Of a stretch of DNA of 64,000 nucleotides, positions 19,909 through 30,538 are shown piece after piece (position 1 is the first letter of the stretch; the number at the start of each line of letters is the position of its first letter). The translations under genes were made by a program, and so were the position numbers. The notes beneath the pieces are model-generated. The model saw only the letters and a program-made list of their open reading frames with translations, was not told where the DNA came from and did not search any database. Source of the stretch: Flammeovirgaceae bacterium (GTDB taxonomy: Bacteria > Bacteroidota > Bacteroidia > Cytophagales > MED-G16); contig JAYNOQ010000001.1 in NCBI GenBank assembly GCA_038113315.1, positions 22,015-86,014 on the forward strand, in the 5' to 3' direction.

Positions 19909-20742
19909 TTATTTGGTTAATTTCCATCTTTTATGAGACCACAACCAATCTCCAGGATTCTGAATAATTTGATTCTCCAATTGTTTAGCATATTCTTTAA
20001 TTATTGAATTTTTATCTGAGGATTCAGAAGCGGAAATTTTTATAAATTTTACAGCATATTTTCCTCTAGATTCTCTTACCATTGAAGCATAATAAACTAC
20101 ACTATTAGTTACTCTAGGAATATAATTTATAGAATCAAAAAAAGCAGTATCCTGATTTAGCATTCTTGCCCATTCAATTCTATTTTTTTTATTTGGAGAT
20201 TGATCAGCAACTACCCCTAAAATTTTTATATCATTAATATCACTTTTAAGCTTTGAAATAGCATCTTTTGACTCTAAAAGAATAGATCCAAATCTTGATC
20301 TTGATTTATACATAATTTCATCAAACGTTGAACTGGAAAGTTTTTTATAAATAAAATGAAGATTTGATATTAAATTAATCTCAGCAGATATAGCAAGCCA
20401 TTCCCAGTTACATTGGTGGCTTGTTAAAACTACTACCCTCTCATTATTTGATATATGGTTATTGATAATATCTATATTTCTAAAGGATACGTGTTTTAAT
20501 AAATCCGCTTTTTTGATTGAATAAGATTTGATTGTCTCAAAGAAAATATCACAAAAATTTTTATAAAACCTTTTCTTAATTTTCTTAAACTGTTCCTCTG
20601 AAAGATCGGGGAATGAATTTTTGATATTTGTTTCAACTACTTTTTTTCTATAAAATCTTGATATAAATACATAAAAAAAATCTGAAAAAACATACAAAAC
20701 TTTAATAGGCAATTTTGATACTAGATGATAAAAGAATTTCAT
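19909..20742 (-). CDS. Lipid A biosynthesis (LpxL/HtrB-family) acyltransferase
   Basis: 277 aa. N-terminal hydrophobic anchor and SHQCNWEW, which matches the HxxxxE/D acyltransferase catalytic motif of the lauroyl/myristoyl acyltransferase family. Confidence 0.72.
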   Translation of the reverse strand: MKFFYHLVSKLPIKVLYVFSDFFYVFISRFYRKKVVETNIKNSFPDLSEEQFKKIKKRFYKNFCDIFFETIKSYSIKKADLLKHVSFRNIDIINNHISNNERVVVLTSHQCNWEWLAISAEINLISNLHFIYKKLSSSTFDEIMYKSRSRFGSILLESKDAISKLKSDINDIKILGVVADQSPNKKNRIEWARMLNQDTAFFDSINYIPRVTNSVVYYASMVRESRGKYAVKFIKISASESSDKNSIIKEYAKQLENQIIQNPGDWLWSHKRWKLTK

Positions 20743-20746
20743 ATAA

Positions 20747-22306
20747 CTAAATAATTTTATTTAGCTTATTACTTTTTGAATCACTTTCGATTTGAATAAT
20801 CTCTTTAATTGATTTATCCCTTCTTATTAATGTTTTGACATATTTCCAAGTTGCCTGAACTTTATCTCTATTGAAGTCTAAAATTAGGTAACCATGATCC
20901 CTTGTATTTGTATATTTAAGATGCGGGTTGATAGACTCATCTGTTATGTAATTTTCATGGTCAATTAAATTTTGTAGAGGAACATTAGAAAACCTTTCAT
21001 CAGAATTTCCTGAATTTATACTTGGGGTACCAAATTCCAATGCATACGGTTTTATAGGGAAGTCAGATTCTAATGGAATATGATTTACCTCAAAAGCCCA
21101 AGACTGATGTGTGTCACCCGTAATAAAAACAACATCATTTATATCATTACTAACTATATGATCAGCAATTCTTTGTCTCTCAACAGGATAGCCATCCCAC
21201 GAATCTAAATTTATATTAAAGTCTGGTCTTCCATAATTTAAGTATGAAAATATAACTTGATTACCTATTATTTTCCACTGGGTTGAATTATCGGATAAAT
21301 TATTTAAAAACCAATTAAGTTGAACCTCGCCAAGCATAGTCCTGTCAGACTCAAATAAACTTGAATCTTGTAAACTGCTCGCTTGTTTTGTTCTACCCTC
21401 CAGCCTTTCTTCTAGAATTATGAGATCTGCTAAACTACCAAAAGTAAACTTCCTGTATGGCATTTGATTTTCTCTTATTGGCTGCCACTCGTAATAAGCT
21501 TGAAGTGCAAATGAAATTCTTTCATTAAAATTTCCTTCTTTTTCCTCTTGATGATTTTCAGCTCCATCTTTATATGTATTATTAGCAGTTTCGTGATCAT
21601 CCCATATTAAAATAAAAGGATGACTACTATGAGCACTTATTAAATCAGGGTCTAATTTGTATTGAGAGTGCCTTGTCCTGTAGTCTGTCAAAGAAACAAT
21701 TTCTTTATCAGGTAAATGTAATCTTTTGAAAATCCCATTGCTATAATCACGAGACTTATACTCATAAATATAATCTCCTAAATGTATTACTGCATCTAAA
21801 TCCTCATCAGCAAGTGATCCATAAGCATTAAAAAAGCCTCTTTGATAGTCACTACAGCTAATTGCTGCTATCTTTAGTGAACTTGTAGAATCACTAATTG
21901 TTTTTGTTCTGCCAACCATTGATTCTTTTCCTAAAGCTTCAAACTTATAAAAATATGTTTTGCCAGGACTTAATTTGTCCACATCAACTTTTACAGTATA
22001 ATCTCTTTCATTATTTGTAATAAACACACCTTCATTTATAATTTCATTAAAATCCTTTGATTCAGATATTTTCCATTTTACAGAAATTTCACTTAACGTT
22101 TTTTCAGGTGTAACTCTAGTCCAGATTATAACTTTATTTTCTAAAGGATCACCTGATGCTACTCCATGATAGAAAGGGGCCATAGAATCAACTTTAAGAC
22201 CATCAACGTCTTCAATAAATGATAATTCTTTATTTGTACAATTAATTAAAATAAAAATTGCACAAAAAAGATAAACTAAAACTGAAAGAGACTTTTTCAT
22301 TTTCAT
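20747..22306 (-). CDS. phoD: PhoD-family alkaline phosphatase/phosphodiesterase, predicted lipoprotein
   Basis: 519 aa. PhoD-like metallophosphatase pattern (FYHGVASGDP, HLGDYIYE, WDDHE, GDTHQSW). The N-terminus has a lipobox (LINC) and no twin-arginine motif. Confidence 0.85.
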   Translation of the reverse strand: MKMKKSLSVLVYLFCAIFILINCTNKELSFIEDVDGLKVDSMAPFYHGVASGDPLENKVIIWTRVTPEKTLSEISVKWKISESKDFNEIINEGVFITNNERDYTVKVDVDKLSPGKTYFYKFEALGKESMVGRTKTISDSTSSLKIAAISCSDYQRGFFNAYGSLADEDLDAVIHLGDYIYEYKSRDYSNGIFKRLHLPDKEIVSLTDYRTRHSQYKLDPDLISAHSSHPFILIWDDHETANNTYKDGAENHQEEKEGNFNERISFALQAYYEWQPIRENQMPYRKFTFGSLADLIILEERLEGRTKQASSLQDSSLFESDRTMLGEVQLNWFLNNLSDNSTQWKIIGNQVIFSYLNYGRPDFNINLDSWDGYPVERQRIADHIVSNDINDVVFITGDTHQSWAFEVNHIPLESDFPIKPYALEFGTPSINSGNSDERFSNVPLQNLIDHENYITDESINPHLKYTNTRDHGYLILDFNRDKVQATWKYVKTLIRRDKSIKEIIQIESDSKSNKLNKII

Positions 22307-22356
22307 AATATGTAAAATTAGATTATTAATGTATTACACAATGAATATAAGTGAAT

Positions 22357-22364
22357 TATATTTG
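22357..22364 (+). promoter_or_regulatory. Candidate -7 promoter box for the 22373-25728 gene string
   Basis: TATATTTG matches TAnnTTTG exactly, 8 nt upstream of the ATG at 22373. No clean TTG at the expected -33 position. Confidence 0.3.
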
Positions 22365-22372
22365 AGTCCAAA

Positions 22373-23386
22373 ATGAAAATATCAGCATCAATATACTCAA
22401 ACAACGACAGAAGTTTAGAAATCCTTATTCAAGATCTTGATAAATACAATATTGATATGTTTCATGTTGACTTTAATGACAAAAAAATAGAGTTCAATAA
22501 GATCGAGGAAGATATTAAAGAAATTAGAAAGATTAGCAATAAGCCTATTGACTTACATATTATTTCAGATAACCCAAATAAATATGAGAACTTCATTATT
22601 GAAAATGAGATCGAATTTGTAACATACCAATTAGAAAATATTAAGGATGAATTAGAGTTTCCTAACTCAGTTAAGACTCAATTTGGTATTGCAATAACAT
22701 CAGATACAGAGGTAAGTAAATTTGAAAATTACAAAAACAATTGTGATTTTATTCTTCTTATGACTACTACTCCAGGAGAAAGTGGAGGTAAATTCAATAA
22801 AATTAATTTTAAAAAAATAAGAGATTTCAAGAATACATATCCATCAAAAAAGGTTCATATAGATGGAGGGGTAAATGATGAAATTGCATTTATACTTAGA
22901 ATTCATGGCGTTAAATCTGTTGTGTCTGGATCATATCTTGTTAACGGTGATATTGCAAAGTCTTTATTGGAACTAAAATCATCAGTATCATCATCTCAAA
23001 TTAAAGTAAGTGAGTTTATGCTTAATAGAAATGAGTCACCAATTGTAAATGAAAATAGCAAAATAGATGAAATTTTATCTACTATCGAAAAATATGATCT
23101 AGGTTTTACTTGTGTAGAAAATAGAAAAAAAGAATTAATTGGAATTATTAGTATGGCAGATATACGAAAAAGTTTAATTAATAATATAGAAGCTTTTAGC
23201 ACTTTTAAAGCTGAGGACATTATAAATAAGAATCCAATAATTATAAAGGAGGGTGATAGTATTAATAATATGTTGAAGACTATTCAAAACCATAATTTTC
23301 TTATATCTTTTATTCCCGTTACTAATGAAGTAATGAAGTTAGTAGGGCTAGTTACATTTTTTAATCTAATAAAAAGCGAATCATGA
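22373..23386 (+). CDS. Ribulose-phosphate 3-epimerase-like TIM-barrel domain fused to a C-terminal CBS pair
   Basis: 337 aa. The N-terminal ~205 aa follow the RPE pattern (KISASIYS, FHVDFND, IDLHIIS, LLMTTTPGESGGKF, VHIDGGVN, VVSGSYL). The C-terminal ~125 aa show two CBS-like repeats (SEFMLNRNESPIV...GIISMADIRKSL and AEDIINKNPIII...GLVTFFNLIKS). Confidence 0.65.
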   Translation: MKISASIYSNNDRSLEILIQDLDKYNIDMFHVDFNDKKIEFNKIEEDIKEIRKISNKPIDLHIISDNPNKYENFIIENEIEFVTYQLENIKDELEFPNSVKTQFGIAITSDTEVSKFENYKNNCDFILLMTTTPGESGGKFNKINFKKIRDFKNTYPSKKVHIDGGVNDEIAFILRIHGVKSVVSGSYLVNGDIAKSLLELKSSVSSSQIKVSEFMLNRNESPIVNENSKIDEILSTIEKYDLGFTCVENRKKELIGIISMADIRKSLINNIEAFSTFKAEDIINKNPIIIKEGDSINNMLKTIQNHNFLISFIPVTNEVMKLVGLVTFFNLIKSES

Positions 23387-24381
23387 TTATTCATTTACAA
23401 GAAAACATATCTGTCGATAATGCAAGAAAAATTTCATCAGAGCTAGAAGGAAAATTAATATTCAATAACGAAAATAAATTGATAATAACATCCTCTAAAA
23501 CAAAATTTATTGATAAAAAATATGAAGACTTTATCTCAGAAAAATTTGTTTTAGAATCAGATATTCAATTATCAAGTAAAGATTATATTAAAAAAACTAG
23601 AAAGGTAAAAATAAATAATATTGAAGTCGGAGGGGAAACAAATAACACACTAATGATAACTGGTCCATGTTCTATTGAAAGTGAAGATCAAATTAGAGAA
23701 TCAGCTAATTTATTAAAGAAATTAAATCTTACTACACTTAGAGCTGGTTGTTTTAAACCTAGAACATCACCATATTCTTTCCAAGGACTTGGTGTAGAAG
23801 GATTGAAAATGTTATCGGATATAAGAGATGAGTTCGGATTTAATATAATTTCAGAGGTTAAAGACGCATCTCACGTTGATGATGTCATAAAATACACTGA
23901 TATTATTCAAATCGGAGCCAAAGCAATGTATGATCATGGCATCCTCAGAGAAACAGGCCAACAAAATAAGCCTGTACTCCTTAAAAGAGGTTTTGGATCT
24001 AATCTACAGGAGTTTGTCCAGGCTGCTGAGTTTATTTTATCAGAAGGAAATCCAAATGTAATTTTATGCGAGAGAGGAATTAGAACTTTTGAAACAAAGA
24101 CTAGGTTTACTTTAGATTTATGTGGAGTTTCTTTTTTAAAGGAGTATACCAATTTGCCCATCATATTAGATACCAGTCATGCTATGGGATATAGTTATGG
24201 AGTTCCTGATCTGACTAGAGCTTGTGTAGCAATGGGAATAGATGGTTTATTAATAGAGAGTCATCCTAACCCAAAAGTTGCAAAGTCTGATGCATCTCAG
24301 CAACTAAACTTTAAAGAATTTGAAGAAATGTTTTCAAGCTTAGTTCCAATATGTAAAGCTGTAAATAGAAATTTGATATGA
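23383..24381 (+). CDS. 3-deoxy-7-phosphoheptulonate (DAHP) synthase, class I-beta with N-terminal ferredoxin-like regulatory domain (Thermotoga type)
   Basis: 332 aa. GPCSIES, FKPRTSPYSFQGLG (the DAHPS-type KPRT motif, not the KDO8PS KANRS motif), IIQIGA, LLKRG, ILCERGIRTFE, LDTSHAMG. About 90 extra N-terminal residues. Confidence 0.82.
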   Translation: MIIHLQENISVDNARKISSELEGKLIFNNENKLIITSSKTKFIDKKYEDFISEKFVLESDIQLSSKDYIKKTRKVKINNIEVGGETNNTLMITGPCSIESEDQIRESANLLKKLNLTTLRAGCFKPRTSPYSFQGLGVEGLKMLSDIRDEFGFNIISEVKDASHVDDVIKYTDIIQIGAKAMYDHGILRETGQQNKPVLLKRGFGSNLQEFVQAAEFILSEGNPNVILCERGIRTFETKTRFTLDLCGVSFLKEYTNLPIILDTSHAMGYSYGVPDLTRACVAMGIDGLLIESHPNPKVAKSDASQQLNFKEFEEMFSSLVPICKAVNRNLI

Positions 24382-24854
24382 GAATACCTAAAATAAAAAT
24401 GCTTATTCTAGATGTAGATGGTACCATGACAGATAATGGCATATATATTGATGAAAATGGCATTGAATCTAAAAGATATAACGCAAAAGACGGGGTAGGT
24501 ATTTATGAGCTTATTAAAAAAGGTGTGAAAATTGGAATTATAAGTCATTCAGAGAGAGGTGATGGAATTAAATCAAGAGCATCTTATCTAGGTATTAAAA
24601 GCTGTTATGTAGGAAATGCACCAAAAGATAAAATCTTAATTGATTGGATAAATGAAGATAAAATTACATTAGAAGAAGTTGCGTTTATTGGAGATGATAT
24701 AAATGATATGAGTATAATTGATATTGTTGGTTTTAGTGCTTGCCCTAGCGATGCGTCTCAACCTGTTAAAGAAAAAGTATCATTAGTACTAAATACTAAG
24801 GGAGGATATGGTTGTGTAAGGGAATTTAGTGATTTATATTTGAGCCAAATTTAA
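24378..24854 (+). CDS. KdsC/YrbI-family HAD phosphatase (3-deoxy-ulosonate phosphate phosphatase family)
   Basis: 158 aa. HAD motif [15 protein letters not shown], motif IV GDDINDM, C-terminal GGYGCVRE. The size and pattern fit the YrbI subfamily. Confidence 0.8.
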   Translation: MRIPKIKMLILDVDGTMTDNGIYIDENGIESKRYNAKDGVGIYELIKKGVKIGIISHSERGDGIKSRASYLGIKSCYVGNAPKDKILIDWINEDKITLEEVAFIGDDINDMSIIDIVGFSACPSDASQPVKEKVSLVLNTKGGYGCVREFSDLYLSQI

Positions 24855-24858
24855 AAGA

Positions 24859-25728
24859 ATGAGTGTTCTAGTTAATAAAAACTCCAAAGTAATAGTTCAA
24901 GGATTTACAGGATCTGAAGGAACTTTCCATGCTTCTCAAATGCTAGAATATGGCACAAATGTAGTAGGTGGAGTTACTCCTGGAAAAGGTGGTACATCAC
25001 ACTTAGAAAGACCTGTATTTAATACTGTCTATGATGCAAAAAAAAATACTGGAGCCAATGTTTCGATAATTTTTGTTCCTCCAGCTTTTGCTGCAGATGC
25101 AATTTTAGAATCTATAGACTCTGATATTGAAGTTGTTGTTGCAATAACCGAGGGTATTCCAGTTAAGGATATGATTAAAGTTAAATCCGCATTAAAAAAC
25201 AAAAAAAGTACTTTAATCGGCCCAAATTGTCCAGGAATTATAACTCCTGAAGAAGCTAAAGTTGGCATTATGCCTGGTTTTGTTTTCAAAAAAGGAAATG
25301 TTGGTATAGTCTCAAAATCTGGAACCTTGACATATGAAGCTGCAGACCAAGTTGTTAAAGCAGGGTTCGGAATATCTACTGCAATTGGTATAGGTGGCGA
25401 TCCAATTGTTGGTACCTCTACTTTGGATGCTATAAAATTATTTATGAGTGATACTGAAACTTCAGGTATAGTTATGATTGGAGAAATAGGTGGTAACTAT
25501 GAAGCTGAAGCTTCAAAATGGATTAAAGATAATGGTAACCAAAAACCAGTAGTTGGTTTTATTGCAGGTCAAACTGCACCAAAAGGAAAAAGAATGGGTC
25601 ATGCAGGTGCAATAATTGGAGGTAAAGACGATACTGCTGAAGCTAAAATGAAAATAATGAGGGAAAGCGGACTAACTGTTGCTGAATCCCCTGCAAATAT
25701 TGGATCAAAATTAAAAGAAGTTCTATAA
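24859..25728 (+). CDS. sucD: Succinate--CoA ligase subunit alpha
   Basis: 289 aa. [22 protein letters not shown] and SKSGTLTYE, with the phosphohistidine loop MGHAGAII. Confidence 0.95.
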   Translation: MSVLVNKNSKVIVQGFTGSEGTFHASQMLEYGTNVVGGVTPGKGGTSHLERPVFNTVYDAKKNTGANVSIIFVPPAFAADAILESIDSDIEVVVAITEGIPVKDMIKVKSALKNKKSTLIGPNCPGIITPEEAKVGIMPGFVFKKGNVGIVSKSGTLTYEAADQVVKAGFGISTAIGIGGDPIVGTSTLDAIKLFMSDTETSGIVMIGEIGGNYEAEASKWIKDNGNQKPVVGFIAGQTAPKGKRMGHAGAIIGGKDDTAEAKMKIMRESGLTVAESPANIGSKLKEVL

Positions 25729-27111
25729 GTGAATTACTTCATTATATGCAGCAGCTGTTGCTTCCATTATTGCTTCTGACATTGTAGGATGTGGATGTAC
25801 TGACTTTATAATTTCATGAGCAGTTGTCTCTAATTTTCTTGCAGCAACTACTTCAGCAATCATTTCAGTAACATTATAACCAACCATATGACAACCTAAC
25901 CATTCTCCATATTTTTTATCAAATATAACTTTAACAAATCCATCTGAATGTCCAGCAGCATTTGCTTTTCCTGAAGCAGAAAAAGGAAACTTACCAACAT
26001 TTATTTCATAACCTAGATCTTTGGCTTGCTTTTCAGTAAATCCAACTGAAGCAACTTCGGGACTACAATAAGTACATGATGGAATATTATCATAATTTAA
26101 AACCCCTGGATTTTTACCAGCCATCTTTTCAACACATATAATTCCTTCAGCAGAAGCAACATGTGCCAGAGCTGGTCCTTTTATCACATCTCCAATCGCA
26201 TATATACCATCAATATTAGTTTGATAATAATCGTCAACATTTATCTTACCCTTTTCAGTAATTATACCAAGCTCTTCAAGTCCAATATTTTGAATATTTG
26301 TTTCAACTCCAACCGCAGATAATACAACATCGCAATCAATTACAGATTCTTTTTCGTTACTGGAGTAAGTTACTTTACAACCCTTACTATTAGAAGAAAC
26401 GGCTTTAACTTCTGTATTTGTTAAAATCTCAATTCCTGATTTTTTGAATGACTTTTCTAGCTGTTTGGAAACATCTATATCTTCTAATGGAAGAATATTT
26501 GGCAAGTATTCAACTAATGTAACCTTAGTTCCTATACTATTATAGAAATAAGCAAATTCTGAACCAATAGCACCTGAACCAATTACAACCATTGATTTAG
26601 GTTGTTTCTTTAAAGTCATTGCTTTTCTATACTCAATAATTTTCTCACCATCTAGCTTTATATTTGGTAATTCTCGTGATCTACCCCCGGTAGCAATAAT
26701 TATATTATCAGCTTTATAATTTTTTTTATTTTTTTTATCATCTTCAACCTCAACTTCATTTTTGGAAATAATTTTACCAAATCCATTGATGATATCAATC
26801 TTATTTTTTTTCATTAAAAAATTAACACCTTTACTCATACCGTCAGCAACACCTCTACTTCTATTTATAATAGAATCAAAATCAATACTTGAACTTTTAA
26901 TATTAATACCATAGTCGCTTGAATGACTAACATAATCAAAAACTTGAGCACTTTTTAGAAGGGCTTTTGTAGGAATACATCCCCAGTTTAAACATATTCC
27001 ACCTAAAGATTCTTTTTCGACAACAGCAACTTTCATTCCTAATTGAGAAGCTCTAATAGCTGCTACATATCCTCCAGGACCAGATCCAATAACTATTAAA
27101 TTGTATGACAT
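25723..27111 (-). CDS. lpdA: Dihydrolipoyl dehydrogenase
   Basis: 462 aa. [16 protein letters not shown] motif, redox-active [14 protein letters not shown]-terminal HPHPTMSE dimerisation motif. Confidence 0.93.
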   Translation of the reverse strand: MSYNLIVIGSGPGGYVAAIRASQLGMKVAVVEKESLGGICLNWGCIPTKALLKSAQVFDYVSHSSDYGINIKSSSIDFDSIINRSRGVADGMSKGVNFLMKKNKIDIINGFGKIISKNEVEVEDDKKNKKNYKADNIIIATGGRSRELPNIKLDGEKIIEYRKAMTLKKQPKSMVVIGSGAIGSEFAYFYNSIGTKVTLVEYLPNILPLEDIDVSKQLEKSFKKSGIEILTNTEVKAVSSNSKGCKVTYSSNEKESVIDCDVVLSAVGVETNIQNIGLEELGIITEKGKINVDDYYQTNIDGIYAIGDVIKGPALAHVASAEGIICVEKMAGKNPGVLNYDNIPSCTYCSPEVASVGFTEKQAKDLGYEINVGKFPFSASGKANAAGHSDGFVKVIFDKKYGEWLGCHMVGYNVTEMIAEVVAARKLETTAHEIIKSVHPHPTMSEAIMEATAAAYNEVIHL

Positions 27112-27127
27112 AATTATATTTTTTTGA

Positions 27128-27135
27128 CAAATTTA
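27128..27135 (-). promoter_or_regulatory. Candidate -7 promoter box for lpdA
   Basis: The minus strand reads TAAATTTG (exact TAnnTTTG), 16 nt upstream of the lpdA ATG at 27111. No clean -33 TTG seen. Confidence 0.3.
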
Positions 27136-27227
27136 TATTCTAAATGTTTATAATAAAACTATTGATAATTTTATCTTAAAATTTGTAAGAAAGTTTATAT
27201 AATTTTAAGCTCATTCAATTAATTAAT

Positions 27228-27974
27228 ATGAAAAATCTAAAAAATAAAACTGCAATAATTACTGGAGGTTCAAAGGGTATAGGAAAAGGAATTGTTGAAA
27301 AATTCGCTAAAGATGGATGTAATGTTGCATTCACTTATCTGAGTAGTGAATCATCTGCAAATGAAGTTGAAGAAAAAGCAAAATCTTATGGTGTAAAAGT
27401 AATTAAATATAAATCCGATGCTTCAAGCTTTGAACAAAGTAGTGAACTGATTGATAATGTAATTAAAGATTTCGGATCATATGATATACTAATAAATAAC
27501 GCAGGAATTACAAGAGATAACCTTTTATTAAGAATGGATGAAGAGTCATGGAAAAAAGTAATTGATATTAATTTAAACTCTTGTTTTAATCTAACAAAAT
27601 GTGCAATTAGAGAATTTATGAAAAAAAAAGAAGGTGTAATTATCAATATTAGCTCTATAGTTGGCGTAAAAGGAAATGCAGGTCAATCAAATTATTCAGC
27701 TTCAAAAGCAGGAATAAATGGATTTACAAAATCAATAGCATTAGAATTAGGATCTAGAAATATTAGATGTAATGCAATTGCTCCCGGATTTATAGAAACT
27801 GACATGACAAGTCAAGGAGATGGTAAGTTATTAGAAAGCTGGATAGAGTCTATTCCTCTAAAAAGAGCTGGTAGTATAGATGACGTCGCAAACTTATGTT
27901 CATATTTAGCCTCTGATGAAGCATCTTACATAACAGGTCAAATAATAAAGGTAGATGGGGGGCTAGTTACTTAG
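27228..27974 (+). CDS. fabG: 3-oxoacyl-[acyl-carrier-protein] reductase
   Basis: 248 aa SDR. TGGSKGIG, NNAG, and the catalytic YSASKAG motif. Length and termini are typical of FabG. Confidence 0.88.
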   Translation: MKNLKNKTAIITGGSKGIGKGIVEKFAKDGCNVAFTYLSSESSANEVEEKAKSYGVKVIKYKSDASSFEQSSELIDNVIKDFGSYDILINNAGITRDNLLLRMDEESWKKVIDINLNSCFNLTKCAIREFMKKKEGVIINISSIVGVKGNAGQSNYSASKAGINGFTKSIALELGSRNIRCNAIAPGFIETDMTSQGDGKLLESWIESIPLKRAGSIDDVANLCSYLASDEASYITGQIIKVDGGLVT

Positions 27975-30495
27975 ATTCTTGCTTATTTTTCTTTGTATCT
28001 AGTTTAGTTATTTTAATTCCCTTAGACTTTTTGTCGTAGTCAGCCAAAACTAAGTCACCTTGTTTCACATTTCCAGATAAAATTTCTTCGGCAAGAACGT
28101 CTTCAATATGTTTTTGGATAGCTCTCTCCAACGGACGTGCACCATATTTTGGGTTATAGCCTTTATCAATAATGAAATCCTTTGCTTCATTAGTTAGATC
28201 AATAGAATAACCTATTTCATCTGCTTTTGAGTACAACTTTTTTAAGTTTATGTCTATAATTTGATATAAATTTTCTTTAGTTAAAGAATTAAATATTATT
28301 ATATCATCAAGTCTATTTATAAATTCAGGATTAAAAGTTCTTTGTAATGCTTTATCAATTGTTGAATTTAAATTTTCATTAATATTTTCAACTCTTGACT
28401 TAGTATCAAAACCGATACCTGCACCAAAATCTTGAACATCTCTTGCCCCAACATTTGAGGTCATTATCATAATAGTATTTCTAAAATCAACTCTATGACC
28501 TAAGCCATCAGTCAAGAATCCCTCATCAAGAATTTGTAGTAGGAGGTTAAATACGTCAGGATGAGCTTTTTCAATTTCATCAAGTAAAATAACACTGTAA
28601 GGCTTTCTTCTTACTTTCTCACTTAATTGACCTCCTTCTTCGTAACCAACATATCCAGGAGGAGCACCTACAAGTCTAGAAATAGAAAATTTCTCCATGT
28701 ATTCTGACATATCAACCCTAATTAGTGCATCATCTTTATCAAAAAGTTCATTAGCCAAAACTTTAGCTAATTCAGTTTTACCTACACCAGTTGGCCCTAA
28801 AAATATAAATGATCCAATAGGTTTCTTCGGATCCTTTAACCCAACCCTAGTTCTTTTAATAGCTCTGACTAATTTATCTATTGCATCGTCTTGACCTACA
28901 ACTTTCTTTGATAAAGTTTTAGACATAGACATCAATCTTGAACTTTCATTTTGTTCAATTCTTTCAAGTGGTATCCCAGTCACCATTGAAATAACTTCTG
29001 CAATGTTTTTTTCTTCAACTTTATGTCTCTTTTTCTTTGATTCCTCTATCCACTTCTTTTTTTGAACATCTAACTCTGCAAGTAATTTTTTTTCGGTATC
29101 TCTTAATTGAGCCGCTTCCTCGTATTTTTGATTTTGAACAACTTGATTTTTCTGACTTTTAATCTCTTCAATTTTATTTTCAATATCAATGATTACCTCT
29201 GGAACATCAAGATTATGCATATGAACTCTTGATCCTGCCTCATCCATTAGATCTATAGCCTTATCAGGTAAAAACCTATCGCTAATATATCTATCTGAAA
29301 GTTTAACACAAGCCTCAATAGCTTCTTTAGTATAAATAACATTATGATGACTTTCATACTTATCTTTTATGTTATCTAAAATATTTTCTGTTTCCTCAGG
29401 TGTTGTAGGATCAATAATAACGTTTTGAAATCTCCTTGCTAAAGCTCCGTCTTTTTCAACATATTGTCTATACTCATCTAAAGTTGTTGCACCTATACAC
29501 TGTAATTCACCCCTAGCAAGGGCCGGTTTGAACATATTAGATGCATCTAAGGAACCAGAAGCTCCTCCAGCTCCAACAATGGTATGAAGTTCATCAATAA
29601 ATAAAATGATGTTATCAGACTTTTCAATTTCAGTCATTACCGCTTTCATTCTTTCTTCAAACTGCCCACGATATTTTGTGCCAGCAACTAAAGAAGCTAA
29701 ATCTAGGGTTACTACCCTCTTGTTATGAAGTATTCTAGATACTTTCTTTTGTGTAATTCTTAATGCTAATGCTTCAGCAATAGCTGTTTTTCCTACTCCA
29801 GGCTCACCAATTAAAATTGGATTATTTTTCTTTCTTCTAGTAAGTATTTGAGCAACTCTTTCAATCTCTTTTTCTCTACCAATGACTGAATCTAATTTAT
29901 TTTGCTCAGCAAGTTTAGTTAAGTCTTTACCAAAATTATCAAGTATTGGAGTCTTAGACTTTTCCTTAGTTTTAGGAGTTTTAGAAGAAGAGCTGCCTTT
30001 TAAACTAGACATATCATCTTCCTCCATTGGCTCAGAAGATGTACTCGCTTGTGGATTACTTGTTTGATACTCAAGTAATTCTTTGACTACATCATATGTT
30101 ACATCAAACTTATCAAGAATTTGAGTTGCAATATTATCTTCATCTCTTAGAATAGATAATAACAAATGTTCAGTCCCAATTAATTTACTTTTAAATATTT
30201 TAGCCTCTAGATAAGTTATTTTAAGGACTTTCTCAGTTTGTCTAGTAAGAGGAATATTAGTTACATTCTTTAAATTTGAAGATGTAGTATTTTTAGTGTT
30301 ATGTTCAACAGATGCTCTTAGGTCTTCTAAACTAATTCCTAATTTTTTAAGTAATCCAATCGCTACACCTTCTCCTTCTCTTATTACCCCTAACAATAAG
30401 TGTTCAGTACCAATGTAGTCATGTCCTAGCCTGAGGGCTTCTTCTCTACTTAATGATATTACTTCTTTAACTCTATTTGAAAACTTTGCTTCCAT
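27967..30495 (-). CDS. clpC: ATP-dependent Clp protease ATP-binding subunit, ClpC type
   Basis: 842 aa. Duplicated Clp_N repeats, two AAA modules ([18 protein letters not shown]), a UVR-like linker ([16 protein letters not shown]). No long ClpB middle domain. Confidence 0.9.
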   Translation of the reverse strand: MEAKFSNRVKEVISLSREEALRLGHDYIGTEHLLLGVIREGEGVAIGLLKKLGISLEDLRASVEHNTKNTTSSNLKNVTNIPLTRQTEKVLKITYLEAKIFKSKLIGTEHLLLSILRDEDNIATQILDKFDVTYDVVKELLEYQTSNPQASTSSEPMEEDDMSSLKGSSSSKTPKTKEKSKTPILDNFGKDLTKLAEQNKLDSVIGREKEIERVAQILTRRKKNNPILIGEPGVGKTAIAEALALRITQKKVSRILHNKRVVTLDLASLVAGTKYRGQFEERMKAVMTEIEKSDNIILFIDELHTIVGAGGASGSLDASNMFKPALARGELQCIGATTLDEYRQYVEKDGALARRFQNVIIDPTTPEETENILDNIKDKYESHHNVIYTKEAIEACVKLSDRYISDRFLPDKAIDLMDEAGSRVHMHNLDVPEVIIDIENKIEEIKSQKNQVVQNQKYEEAAQLRDTEKKLLAELDVQKKKWIEESKKKRHKVEEKNIAEVISMVTGIPLERIEQNESSRLMSMSKTLSKKVVGQDDAIDKLVRAIKRTRVGLKDPKKPIGSFIFLGPTGVGKTELAKVLANELFDKDDALIRVDMSEYMEKFSISRLVGAPPGYVGYEEGGQLSEKVRRKPYSVILLDEIEKAHPDVFNLLLQILDEGFLTDGLGHRVDFRNTIMIMTSNVGARDVQDFGAGIGFDTKSRVENINENLNSTIDKALQRTFNPEFINRLDDIIIFNSLTKENLYQIIDINLKKLYSKADEIGYSIDLTNEAKDFIIDKGYNPKYGARPLERAIQKHIEDVLAEEILSGNVKQGDLVLADYDKKSKGIKITKLDTKKNKQESK

Positions 30496-30538
30496 AACTT
30501 TATAACGTAAGGATAACTCATTTTAATAAAAAAAACTA

